Of a DNA stretch of 32,000 nt, positions 1 to 8,958 are shown piece after piece. The translations under genes were made by a program, and so were the position numbers. The stretch is from Methanococcus maripaludis (GTDB lineage Archaea > AGJL01 > Methanococci > Methanococcales > Methanococcaceae). Position 1 is the stretch's first letter, and the number at the start of each line of letters is the position of its first letter. The DNA lies in contig NZ_CP026606.1 in assembly GCF_002945325.1 (NCBI RefSeq), positions 120,001-152,000 on the forward strand. The letters run 5' to 3'. The notes beneath the pieces were generated by a model. The model worked only from the letters and a program-made list of their open reading frames with translations. It did not search any database and was not told the origin of the DNA.

Positions 1-1100
1 AAGTAAATACCGTATTCGTTGTTTTCATTTGTATTGTTTGTAATGACGTTATTGTTTGAAGAAGTCACTAAACTAATACCAGTTCCCCTTTCAATATATC
101 CATTATTGTTTGCAGTATTGTTTGTAATCGTATTTTTTGAAGACTCTTCTAATGAAATACCTTCATACCCATTTCCTGTTGCATTATTGTTTGTTATGGT
201 GTTGTTTGAGGATTCAACTAAGTAAATACCGTATTCGTTGTTTTCATTTGCGGTATTGCCTGTTATGGTGTTGTTTGAAGAACCCCCTAAGAAAATACCA
301 TCATAAAGGTTTCCTGTTGCATTATTGCTTGTTATGGTGTTGTTTGAGGAATAATCTAAAGAAATACCATTATTATTATCGTATGCAGTATTGTTTGTTA
401 CGGTGTTGTTTGAGGACTCAATTAAGTAAATACCCTCATTATTTCCTGTTGCATTATTGTTTGTAATGACGTTATTGTTTGAAGAAGTCACTAAACTAAT
501 ACCATTTCCCCCTTCAATATATCCATTATTGTTTACTGTATTGTATGTAATGACGTTATTGTTTGAAGACTTTTCTAATAAAATACCATCATTCTCATTT
601 CCATTTGCAGTATTGTTTGTTACGGTGTTGTCTGAAGAACTCCATAAATAAATACCCCACATATTTCCATTTGCAGTATTGTTTGTTACGGTGTTGTTTG
701 AGGAATCAGCTAAGTAAATACCTGGAAATTCATTTTCATATGCAGTGTTGTTTTCAATTCTGCTATCTGTAGTATTAATTAAAAAAATACCGCATTCAAA
801 ACCCGTTACTGTAACGTTTTCGATTGTGATATTTGTAACTCCTGTAGCATTGATACCGAAATATATACTACCACTTCCATTCAAGACATATCCATTTCCA
901 TTAAGTACGACATCGTCACAAGTAATGGTTATAACATCTCCACTGCCGTATGTAATATTATTGTTTAGATAATATGTTCCGGACTCGTTGATTTCATACA
1001 CGGTCGTTATCGGAGTACCTGTCTGAGCAGATACTGCGGAAATAACTGCCAAAAATACAATTAACGATAAAACAACAGTTTTAAAGTCTAATTTTTTCAT
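1..1100 (-). CDS. Secreted right-handed parallel beta-helix / NosD-like repeat protein (3' part off the left edge)
   Basis: Continuous minus-strand frame from ATG at 1100 to the edge, absent from the supplied track probably because it has no stop in the window. Signal-peptide-like start MKKLDFKTVVLSLIVFLAVISAVSA, then many repeats of the type 'GIYLxxSSNNTVTNNTAxxN'. SD-like GGGGGAAA lies just upstream. Confidence 0.9.
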   Translation of the reverse strand, partial: MKKLDFKTVVLSLIVFLAVISAVSAQTGTPITTVYEINESGTYYLNNNITYGSGDVITITCDDVVLNGNGYVLNGSGSIYFGINATGVTNITIENVTVTGFECGIFLINTTDSRIENNTAYENEFPGIYLADSSNNTVTNNTANGNMWGIYLWSSSDNTVTNNTANGNENDGILLEKSSNNNVITYNTVNNNGYIEGGNGISLVTSSNNNVITNNNATGNNEGIYLIESSNNTVTNNTAYDNNNGISLDYSSNNTITSNNATGNLYDGIFLGGSSNNTITGNTANENNEYGIYLVESSNNTITNNNATGNGYEGISLEESSKNTITNNTANNNGYIERGTGISLVTSSNNNVITNNTNENNEYGIY

Positions 1101-1507
1101 AATTTCCCCCGTTTTTTTTGAATATATCATTATAAATAACTTTAAAATGATTATCTACAAGATTTTGGAAAAAGCCCATAAAAAACTAAAAATTGATTTT
1201 TGTAGATATTATAAAGAATAAATTTTATTATTTATTAACCTATCTAAAACGTTTTTTTTTAGATGGGATACCCATTCACGTACATTAATTTTCAAAAGAA
1301 CGCTATTATTCGGAGGATACGAAGAGTTTTCATTTAAAACCCTAGCTATACCAGAACCACTTAGAATACGATAGCAGAAAAAATGAAAAATATTGACATT
1401 GAAAATTACTAAAACTTAATTTTAAAAAAGAACAAATTTAAAAAATCATTTTTTATCGGATCAAAATCGATATTTGAATATTAGTTTTAAAGTTACGTTG
1501 TTTTTTA

Positions 1508-1518
1508 GGGGTATCCCA
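1508..1518. promoter_or_regulatory. GGGGTATCCCA motif upstream of the betaine ABC transporter operon (candidate regulatory element)
   Basis: Identical 11-mer at 10330-10340 upstream of ablA/kamA; 10-nt reverse-complement match at 1264-1273. Confidence 0.4.
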
Positions 1519-1786
1519 TATCCATTTTTAAAAAAACCCTGTAATCGAATATATTTACTAAATTGACAGTTTCCGTGTCTTTTTTGATATTTAATATAAA
1601 TACTTAACTCAATAAGTATATAAAGTATGGTTTAGAAATTTAAGGTATAAATTATAGGCACTATTAAATTCGAATTTGGAAATATTTTTAAAATTATTCT
1701 GCTTTTAAGACTTATTTTTAAAAAAACAGTCTTTTAAAATTCATAATTCATATTTGATAAAGTATTGTCGACTTAAGAGGGATTAT

Positions 1787-2956
1787 ATGGATGAACCTAT
1801 TATCCAAGTAACAGAATTATACAAAATTTTTGGTAAAAAGCCAGAAAAAGCCTATCCTTTAATTAAAGAAGGTTTTTCTAGACAAGAAATAAAAGAAAAA
1901 ACAAAACAGGTTGTTGGACTTAAAAATATTAATTTCGACGTTAAACGAGGAGAAATCTTTGTAATCATGGGACTTTCTGGAAGTGGAAAATCTACGCTGA
2001 TAAGGTGTATTAACAGGCTTATCAAACCCACATTTGGAAAAATAGTTCTTGAAACTGGTGCAGATATTTCACAAATGTCTGAAAAAGAACTGCTCGAAAT
2101 TAGAAGAAAATATTTTGGAATGGTTTTTCAAAAATTTGGACTTTTACCAAACCGTTCAGTTTTAGAAAATGTGGCTCTCGGTCTTGAAATTCAGGGAATG
2201 GGCCTTGAAGAAAGAATTGAAAAGTCAGAAAAGGCGCTTTCTCTCGTTGGACTCAAAGGCTGGGAAAAAAGTAAAATTTCAGAATTAAGTGGCGGAATGC
2301 AACAGCGTGTTGGGCTTGCAAGAGGTCTTGCAGTAAACCCTGAAATATTATTAATGGATGAACCATTCAGTGCGCTTGATCCTTTAATCAGGCTTGAAAT
2401 GCAGGAACTTCTTTTAAAAATTCAGAAAAAGATGAAAAAAACAATTATATTCATAACTCACGATCTAAACGAAGCAATCAAACTTGGCGACAGGATTATG
2501 ATTTTAAATGAAGAAGGAAGTCTTGTTCAGTTGTCACACCCTGAAGAAATTCTTTTAAATCCTCAAAATGATTTTGTCGAGTCTTTTGTAAAAGAAGTGG
2601 ACAAAACAACAGTAATTCGAGCTGAATCGCTCGTTAAAAAACCGGAATTTACACTGAATAATACTATCGAAAAAGAGAATGCAGTTAAAATTTTAGGCGA
2701 GTTAAACCTTGATTTTGCATACGTACTCGACGATTCTGGAAAATACATTGGAGTTGTGAATAACGAGGAACTTCAAAATTCAGAAAAAATTATGGATTGT
2801 ATTCATAAAATTAAACCTTTAGAAGATGTAAAAACCATTAATCAGGGATTACCTCAATTTATTTCTTCAGATTACCCTGTTCCGATAGTAGATGATGAAA
2901 ACAACTTTTTAGGATATGTCGAATTTGAAGAAGTAATTAAACTTATAAAAGAATAA
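1787..2956 (+). CDS. proV: Glycine betaine/proline-type ABC transporter ATP-binding protein with C-terminal CBS domains
   Basis: Walker A GLSGSGKST, signature LSGGMQQRVGLARGLA, Walker B ILLMDEPFSALDP; N-terminal KIFGK..EKAYPLI typical of OpuAA/ProV. ATG at 1787 preceded by GAGG; upstream part of the ORF (from TTG 1754) is unlikely to be coding. Confidence 0.93.
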   Translation: MDEPIIQVTELYKIFGKKPEKAYPLIKEGFSRQEIKEKTKQVVGLKNINFDVKRGEIFVIMGLSGSGKSTLIRCINRLIKPTFGKIVLETGADISQMSEKELLEIRRKYFGMVFQKFGLLPNRSVLENVALGLEIQGMGLEERIEKSEKALSLVGLKGWEKSKISELSGGMQQRVGLARGLAVNPEILLMDEPFSALDPLIRLEMQELLLKIQKKMKKTIIFITHDLNEAIKLGDRIMILNEEGSLVQLSHPEEILLNPQNDFVESFVKEVDKTTVIRAESLVKKPEFTLNNTIEKENAVKILGELNLDFAYVLDDSGKYIGVVNNEELQNSEKIMDCIHKIKPLEDVKTINQGLPQFISSDYPVPIVDDENNFLGYVEFEEVIKLIKE

Positions 2957-2960
2957 GAGC

Positions 2961-3803
2961 GTGATTTTGTTGGCAGATACGTTTAATCTTGGAATTGGAA
3001 AATTTTTAGTAAATTTAATAGACTTTTTAATTGATAACTACTCGGGATTTTTTGATCTCATTTCTTATGTAATTCAAAGCGGTGTTGATTTCTTTCACAT
3101 CCTGCTTTTTTCAATAAATCCTTATTTGATGATATTGCTGATCGCAGTAATTGTTTGGAAAACAGTTAATCTGAAATCTATGCTGTATTCAGTATTTTTC
3201 CTAGTTATTATCGTGATGATGGGCCTTTGGGATACTTCAATGATTACCCTATCACTGATAATCACATCCACATTGATTGCCCTTTTACTTGGAATTCCTT
3301 TGGGAATTGTAAAAGCGCGTTCAAAACTAGTAAGTACGCTGCTCGATCCAATGCTCGATGTAATGCAGACACTCCCCTCATTAGCATATTTGATTCCAGC
3401 AGTGTTATTCTTTGGAATCGGGGAAGTTCCAGGAGTTATTGCAACAGTAATCTTTGCAATGCCTCCTGCAATAAAACTTACGGCACTTGGCATTGAGCAG
3501 GTATCTAACGAACTAATTGAAGTTGGAAGGGCCTTTGGAGGTACTTCTTGGCAGATATTAACAAAAATAGAACTGCCAACAGCAGTTCCTTCAATAATGA
3601 TGGGCGTAAATCAGGCAATCATGCTATCATTCTCAATGGTAGTTATTGCCGGATTTATCGGCTCGGGCGGGTTAGGTGAGGTTATAATTTCAGGTATCCA
3701 GCGATATAGTTTAGCACCTGCTCTCGAAGCAGGTATTGCAGTTACATTTCTTGCGGTAATTTTTGACAGGATTACCCGTAACCTCGTGGGATCTAAAATT
3801 TAA
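2961..3803 (+). CDS. proW: Glycine betaine/proline-type ABC transporter permease
   Basis: Follows the ATPase by 4 bp. Polytopic, with permease segment 'QTLPSLAYLIPAVLFFGIGEVPGVIATVIFAMPPAIKLTALGIEQV' typical of ProW/OpuAB. GTG start. Confidence 0.92.
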   Translation: MILLADTFNLGIGKFLVNLIDFLIDNYSGFFDLISYVIQSGVDFFHILLFSINPYLMILLIAVIVWKTVNLKSMLYSVFFLVIIVMMGLWDTSMITLSLIITSTLIALLLGIPLGIVKARSKLVSTLLDPMLDVMQTLPSLAYLIPAVLFFGIGEVPGVIATVIFAMPPAIKLTALGIEQVSNELIEVGRAFGGTSWQILTKIELPTAVPSIMMGVNQAIMLSFSMVVIAGFIGSGGLGEVIISGIQRYSLAPALEAGIAVTFLAVIFDRITRNLVGSKI

Positions 3804-3818
3804 TAAAAAGGTGAATTT

Positions 3819-4706
3819 ATGAAATATGGAACGTTATTTGCCATTGCCCTTTTGGGTTTGGCAGTCATGTTTTCAGGATGCGTCCAATCTCCCCAAAGTA
3901 CGGACGACACTGAAAAAGGCACTATAAAATTTGGACTTCCCCCTTGGCCGGGAGTTACAGTTAAATCCAATGTTGTAAAAGTCATTCTTGAAGAGCAAGG
4001 ATACAATGTTGAACTAAACCAGCTTGATGCAGGAATTACTTACGCAAAACTTGCAGATGGCGACCTTGATGTATCACTTGCAGGATGGCTGCCAACAACT
4101 CATGAAGAATACTGGACTCAGTATGGAAACCAGCTTGAAATGGTTCATGTAAATGTTGGAAAAACTGCACTCGGTCTTGCAGTTCCTACCTACACATATG
4201 AAGCAGGAATACAGTCAATTACTGACTTAAACGGTAATGAAGAATTATTCGATGGAAAAATTATTGGAATTGAACCCGGTGCTGGAATTATGTCTAACAC
4301 TGAAAAAGCTATTGATTCATACAGCTTATCAGGTTATGAATTGCAGTCAAGCAGTACCCCTGCAATGATGGCAGAACTTGCACGTGCAATTAATGAAGAT
4401 GAAAACATTGTAGTTACCGTTTGGGAACCCCACTCAGTTTTCTTTAAATTCGACATAAAAATGTTGGATGACCCTGAAAAAGTATATGGTAATGGTGACA
4501 AAGTATACACTATTGCAAGAACTGACTTTAAAGATGATTATCCTGAAGTATACGAATTCTTCCAGAAATTCGAAGTAGATCCAAGCGTTCAGAGCGAATG
4601 GATATACAAATACAGTGACGAAGGAATGGATCCAGAAGAAGTTGCAGAAGAATGGGTTGCAAATAACCCTGAACTTGTAGCAAACTGGACTTCACACATG
4701 AACTAA
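3819..4706 (+). CDS. proX: Glycine betaine/proline ABC transporter substrate-binding lipoprotein
   Basis: Signal peptide with lipobox-like 'LAVMFSGCVQ'; 'IKFGLPPWPGVTVKSNV', 'VSLAGWLPTTHEEYW', 'VTVWEPHSVFFKFDIK' match OpuAC/ProX; third gene of the operon. Confidence 0.92.
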   Translation: MKYGTLFAIALLGLAVMFSGCVQSPQSTDDTEKGTIKFGLPPWPGVTVKSNVVKVILEEQGYNVELNQLDAGITYAKLADGDLDVSLAGWLPTTHEEYWTQYGNQLEMVHVNVGKTALGLAVPTYTYEAGIQSITDLNGNEELFDGKIIGIEPGAGIMSNTEKAIDSYSLSGYELQSSSTPAMMAELARAINEDENIVVTVWEPHSVFFKFDIKMLDDPEKVYGNGDKVYTIARTDFKDDYPEVYEFFQKFEVDPSVQSEWIYKYSDEGMDPEEVAEEWVANNPELVANWTSHMN

Positions 4707-4878
4707 ATATCATTTATAAAACTTCTTTTTTTTTGAAAATTTTAAAAAAATTATTTTTAAATGTTTTTCAAATTTTTTTTCGAAAAACCTTATATCTGCT
4801 AAATTCATATTTTTGAGATAATATTGATAAAAAACTTAAATTGGATTTAAAACAATTTAAAAATCTCTGGTGTTTAAA

Positions 4879-6282
4879 ATGAAATCAGAAAACTATTCAA
4901 AAAATGACCTCGAAAAATGGGATAAAGAATATGTTTGGCACCCTTTTACCCAGATGAAGGAGTATAGGGAAGGAAAACCGCTTTTAATTGAAAGTGGAGA
5001 AGGAATTTATTTAATTGACGTTGACGGCAAAAAATACATGGATGCGGTTTCATCAGTCTGGTGCAACTTTTTTGGACATTCTGAAAAACGAATAGCTGAT
5101 GCGATTTCAAAACAAGCACTAAATATCGGACATTCGACACAGCTTGGTTGTGGAAATGTTCCGTCCGCAATTTTGGCAAAAAGATATGTTGATTTTTCAC
5201 CAGAACAGTTCACAAAAGTATTTTTTTCAGAAGATGGTGCAGAAGCTATTGAAATTGCCGTAAAAATGGCTTTTGAATACTGTAAATTAAAAGGATTTAC
5301 AAATAAAATAAAATTTGTTTCAGTTAAAGAAGGCTACCATGGGGACACCGTCGGTGCAATGAGTGTTGGAGGAAGCGAACTTTTCCACGGCTGTTTTGAA
5401 CCTTTGTTATTTGATGGATACCACGCAAGTGCCCCTTACTGCTACAGGTGTAAATACTGCAACTTTAAAGACACTGACGAAAGAAATAAATTAGGATGCG
5501 AGATGAAGTGTCTAAAAGAAATGGAAGATTTAATCAGGACTAATAAAGACGAGATATTCTGTGTAATTTTAGAAGCTGGTGTCATGGGCTCAGCAGGTAT
5601 GATTCCCTATCCTAAAGGATACATCGAAGGAGTTGCAAAGATCTGTAAAGAGCTTGATATTATATTAATACTTGATGAAATTGCAACTTTTGGAAGACTT
5701 GGAAGGGCATTTTATTCTGATATGGATGAATTAAAAGAATTGGAAAAACCAGATATTTTATGCCTTGGAAAAGGAATTACTGGCGGATATTTACCCCTTG
5801 CACTAACTCTTGCAACCGATGAAATACATGATGCATTTTTGGGAACTTTTGATGAATGTAAACAGCTTTTCCACGGCCACACTTATGCCGGAAACCAGAT
5901 AATATGTGCATCAGCAATTGAAACCTTAAATATTTTGGAAGAAACAAATATCTGTGAAGAAATAAGACCAAACATTAAATTACTGCATGAAAACCTCGAT
6001 AAATTAAAAGAATTCCCTTGTGTTGGAGATATTCGAAAATCAGGATACATGATTGGAATTGAACTTGTAAAAGATAAAGAAACAAAAGAACCATACGATT
6101 ACGGGTACAAAGCAGGGTACAAAGTTGCTGGAAGACTACTCGAAAAAGGAATTTACATCCGTCCGATTGGAAATACGCTGATATTTGTACTTCCATTAAT
6201 AATTAAACCGGAAGAAATTAAAACGCTTACTGAAAAAATTTATGAATCGATTTCTGAACTTTTAAATGAAAAAGTACTTTAA
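4879..6282 (+). CDS. bioA: Adenosylmethionine-8-amino-7-oxononanoate aminotransferase
   Basis: Class III PLP aminotransferase; 'VWHPFTQMKEY', 'YHGDTVGAMSVGG', 'LILDEIATFGRLGRAFY', 'LCLGKGITGGYLPLALT' match BioA. Upstream in-frame GTG at 4870 is an alternative start. Confidence 0.92.
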   Translation: MKSENYSKNDLEKWDKEYVWHPFTQMKEYREGKPLLIESGEGIYLIDVDGKKYMDAVSSVWCNFFGHSEKRIADAISKQALNIGHSTQLGCGNVPSAILAKRYVDFSPEQFTKVFFSEDGAEAIEIAVKMAFEYCKLKGFTNKIKFVSVKEGYHGDTVGAMSVGGSELFHGCFEPLLFDGYHASAPYCYRCKYCNFKDTDERNKLGCEMKCLKEMEDLIRTNKDEIFCVILEAGVMGSAGMIPYPKGYIEGVAKICKELDIILILDEIATFGRLGRAFYSDMDELKELEKPDILCLGKGITGGYLPLALTLATDEIHDAFLGTFDECKQLFHGHTYAGNQIICASAIETLNILEETNICEEIRPNIKLLHENLDKLKEFPCVGDIRKSGYMIGIELVKDKETKEPYDYGYKAGYKVAGRLLEKGIYIRPIGNTLIFVLPLIIKPEEIKTLTEKIYESISELLNEKVL

Positions 6283-6334
6283 AAAATAAATTTTATTTTT
6301 TTATTTTATTTTTTTAAAATTTTAATGGATTATA

Positions 6335-7501
6335 CTATTCAAAAACTTTTTTTAAGAGCGGTGGCGTTATAACTATCGAAAATGTAACAAATATCAGCGT
6401 TGCTGCAATGAATTTTGAGATATTTTCTTCTAAAATTACGCCTGCAGAAACTGCAATCATTAAATTTATCAGCGCTATTTCTGCTCTTGGAACTGATGCT
6501 GAAGCAAGTTGTATCGATTTTTTAAGACCCCATTTACCAATTAATTTTGCTCCAAGCCCCCACCCTACAAACTTACTCAAAACCCCTACAATTATTAGAA
6601 TTGTAGCAAGAATTAAAGCTTCATGGTTTAAAAATGCGGTTAAATTCAGCCGTGCTCCAGTGTAAATAAAAAATAATGGAATTAAAAATGAATTTCCAAT
6701 TGATTTTATCTCTTTTGCGAGTGATTTACCTTCTGAAGTTTTTGAAAGGATTAATCCTGCCATGAATGCCCCTTCAATTGCAACTTCAAACCAGCTTTCT
6801 GATAAAAATGAAAATAAAAACATCAAAGCAAGAGTAAATGAAAGAACGGTTTTTTCGATATGAAACTTTTCTGCAAAAATTAAGTATTTTTTAATCAATT
6901 TCCATCCCAAATATCCTGTAATAATAAAAAATACCGTAATTTCTGAAATTAGCCCGAGCAAACTTCCAGATCCGACAGCGAGGATAAGAAGGATAAGTCC
7001 TAAAAAATCATCAAGAATACTCGCACTGATTGCAGCGGCCCCCACATCAGTTTTTAAAACTTTTAAATCCATCAAAAGCCTTGCAGTAATTCCAATACTC
7101 GTAGCTGTAAGAATTACTCCGCCAACAATAGATTCTTTGGTAGTGTAACCAAAATAAGATAATGAAATATATCCAAAAATTAAAGGAAACACCGCTCCAA
7201 GTACCGCTGCAACTATTGAGATATTTTCTGTCTTTTTAAGCCGGTGTATATCTATTTCAAGGCCACTTAAAAAAAGTAAAAACATGATTCCAACGGTGGA
7301 TAAAAAGTCAAAAATATCGTTTTCGTGGAGTGTTAAGTGAGAGGAATCAACTATTCCAAAAAATAACAGGTTTCCAAATATTATTCCGATTAGTATCTCT
7401 CCAAATACACTTGGAAAGCCAAACCGCCACATTATTTCGTTTCCAATTTTTCCAAATATAAGGCATACTCCAACAGTAAACAACACCCATGAAATATCCA
7501 C
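6335..7501 (-). CDS. Kef/NapA-type (CPA2) Na+ or K+/H+ antiporter
   Basis: 388 aa polytopic protein with 'FGEILIGIIFGNLL', 'LFLSGLEIDIHRLKK', 'TATSIGITARLL', characteristic of the CPA2 family. Confidence 0.85.
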   Translation of the reverse strand: MDISWVLFTVGVCLIFGKIGNEIMWRFGFPSVFGEILIGIIFGNLLFFGIVDSSHLTLHENDIFDFLSTVGIMFLLFLSGLEIDIHRLKKTENISIVAAVLGAVFPLIFGYISLSYFGYTTKESIVGGVILTATSIGITARLLMDLKVLKTDVGAAAISASILDDFLGLILLILAVGSGSLLGLISEITVFFIITGYLGWKLIKKYLIFAEKFHIEKTVLSFTLALMFLFSFLSESWFEVAIEGAFMAGLILSKTSEGKSLAKEIKSIGNSFLIPLFFIYTGARLNLTAFLNHEALILATILIIVGVLSKFVGWGLGAKLIGKWGLKKSIQLASASVPRAEIALINLMIAVSAGVILEENISKFIAATLIFVTFSIVITPPLLKKVFE

Positions 7502-7509
7502 GAAAACAC

Positions 7510-7998
7510 CTAAAAGCAGAGATCAAGAAACTTATTTATCAATATCCTGAGGCTAATTTCACCAATTAACCTATTTTCATCATCAACCACAGCTAAAAGT
7601 TGCAAATTATAATTTTTCATCTTTTCAAGTGCATCTAAAACAGACTTGTTGTGATTTATTTTAATCGCACTTTTTTCCATTACTTCGCTTGCAATTTCTG
7701 CCCCGCCCTGTATTGACATTAAAACCGTTCTAGTTGTTCCAATAAATGTCGAATGCTTTTCAGGAGGCATTATAAAATTAATAACGTCTAAGTAACGAAT
7801 TACCCCGATAAGTTTTCCATCTTCTTTGCAGTTTATTACCCAGACGTGGTGTCTTGTTCTAAGTATCTCCAAAACATCCATGACTGAAGAATCAGTACAT
7901 AAAACCGGCAAGCTATCAATTGGTGGAAGAATATCCTTCAATTTCATTGCATGGTACTTGGCAATTGCCGTTTCAAGTTCTTTCATAAAATCCCCCAA
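7510..7998 (-). CDS. CBS-domain-pair protein
   Basis: 162 aa; 'LPVLCTDSSVMDVLEILRTRHHVWVINCKEDGKLIGVIRYLDVI' and 'LLAVVDDENRLIGEISLRILIN' are CBS repeats. Starts 8 bp upstream of the antiporter ORF. Confidence 0.85.
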   Translation of the reverse strand: MGDFMKELETAIAKYHAMKLKDILPPIDSLPVLCTDSSVMDVLEILRTRHHVWVINCKEDGKLIGVIRYLDVINFIMPPEKHSTFIGTTRTVLMSIQGGAEIASEVMEKSAIKINHNKSVLDALEKMKNYNLQLLAVVDDENRLIGEISLRILINKFLDLCF

Positions 7999-8133
7999 AA
8001 TAACTCTAGTATAATTTATGTTTTTTTAAAATAATTAAACTTTTCATTTTAATTTTGAGAATAAAGATATAATTATCAAAACAGAAAAAATTAAAGTTGA
8101 TTTAAAAATTAAAAAAATTAACGTGTTGGGATG

Positions 8134-8958
8134 TTATTCTACGAGTTTGTACCAAAAGTTCATGTCTTCAAATTTACCGCAGATATTTGTATTATTAACT
8201 GCTGTTCCACTGTAAATATAGCCCATTTTTTTAAAAGTAATATTCATCCCATACGAGATACTTCTTGCAATCGTGTAAAAAACCCTGTATCCATTGTCTT
8301 TCATTATTTTTTCCATTATATATAGTAGATATTTAGAAAGCCCTAATTTTTGATATTCTTCAAGAACTGCAAAATCGGTCATTTCAACGCATTTATTCGT
8401 AATATCCATTTCACAAGACGATGCTGCAACGATTTTACCATTATCTTCAATTATAAAGTATTTTACGTTTGTCTGCATTGTCTTTAATATATAATTTGGA
8501 TCGTCTATTGGAAAAGGATACGTTTTAAAAACTTTTGAATAGTGTTTTGATAGTTTTTCTGCATCGGTTTCATTTGCAATTTTTAAGTGAAAATTTTCAT
8601 CAAATTTTACGGATGAATCTATATCAACAGTTTTCACATAATTTAAAACATCTTCTGCTTCTTTTGAAAATTTTGATATTTTTCGAGATTCTTCAAAAAA
8701 TTTAGACATAAAATATGCATCATCATTTGAATAGTAATTTTCAAGTTTTCCTTCACAAATATAACCGTTTTTTTCAAAAAGTTCCTTTTGATTTCCTGAA
8801 ACTTTTGCAAAAACTTTTGAAAGCTTTTTTTCATTGCATACACTGTCAACATGCGTAATTAATTCGCCCACGTCTTTTCCAAGCTTCATTATGTATATTC
8901 TATCATTTAAGTCACTTATTTGAATAATTGAATCATTTATTTCGATTATTGTTTCCAT
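8134..8958 (-). CDS. ablB: Beta-lysine N6-acetyltransferase
   Basis: GNAT-type protein directly abutting kamA; 'YEFFEESRKISKFSKEAEDVLNYVK'-like N-terminus and 'VAASSCEMDITNKCVEMTDFAVLEEYQKLGLSKYLL' match the AblB family. Strong SD (AGGAGG) inside the end of kamA. Confidence 0.9.
   Translation of the reverse strand: METIIEINDSIIQISDLNDRIYIMKLGKDVGELITHVDSVCNEKKLSKVFAKVSGNQKELFEKNGYICEGKLENYYSNDDAYFMSKFFEESRKISKFSKEAEDVLNYVKTVDIDSSVKFDENFHLKIANETDAEKLSKHYSKVFKTYPFPIDDPNYILKTMQTNVKYFIIEDNGKIVAASSCEMDITNKCVEMTDFAVLEEYQKLGLSKYLLYIMEKIMKDNGYRVFYTIARSISYGMNITFKKMGYIYSGTAVNNTNICGKFEDMNFWYKLVE

Noticed and set aside
19-972. Five plus-strand ORFs (MFSFVLFVMTLLFEE..., MKTLLMKYLHTHF... etc.)
   Set aside because: They are shadow frames of the repetitive minus-strand beta-helix gene; the minus frame runs without a stop from 1100 to the edge and has a signal peptide and SD.
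1-1100. Repeated ~60-70 nt units as a CRISPR-like array
   Set aside because: Units are imperfect, translate as one open frame of beta-helix repeats, and there are no unique spacers.
1754-1786. Upstream TTG start giving MIKYCRLKRDYMDEPI for the ABC ATPase
   Set aside because: ATG at 1787 has a well placed GAGG SD and fits the family N-terminus.
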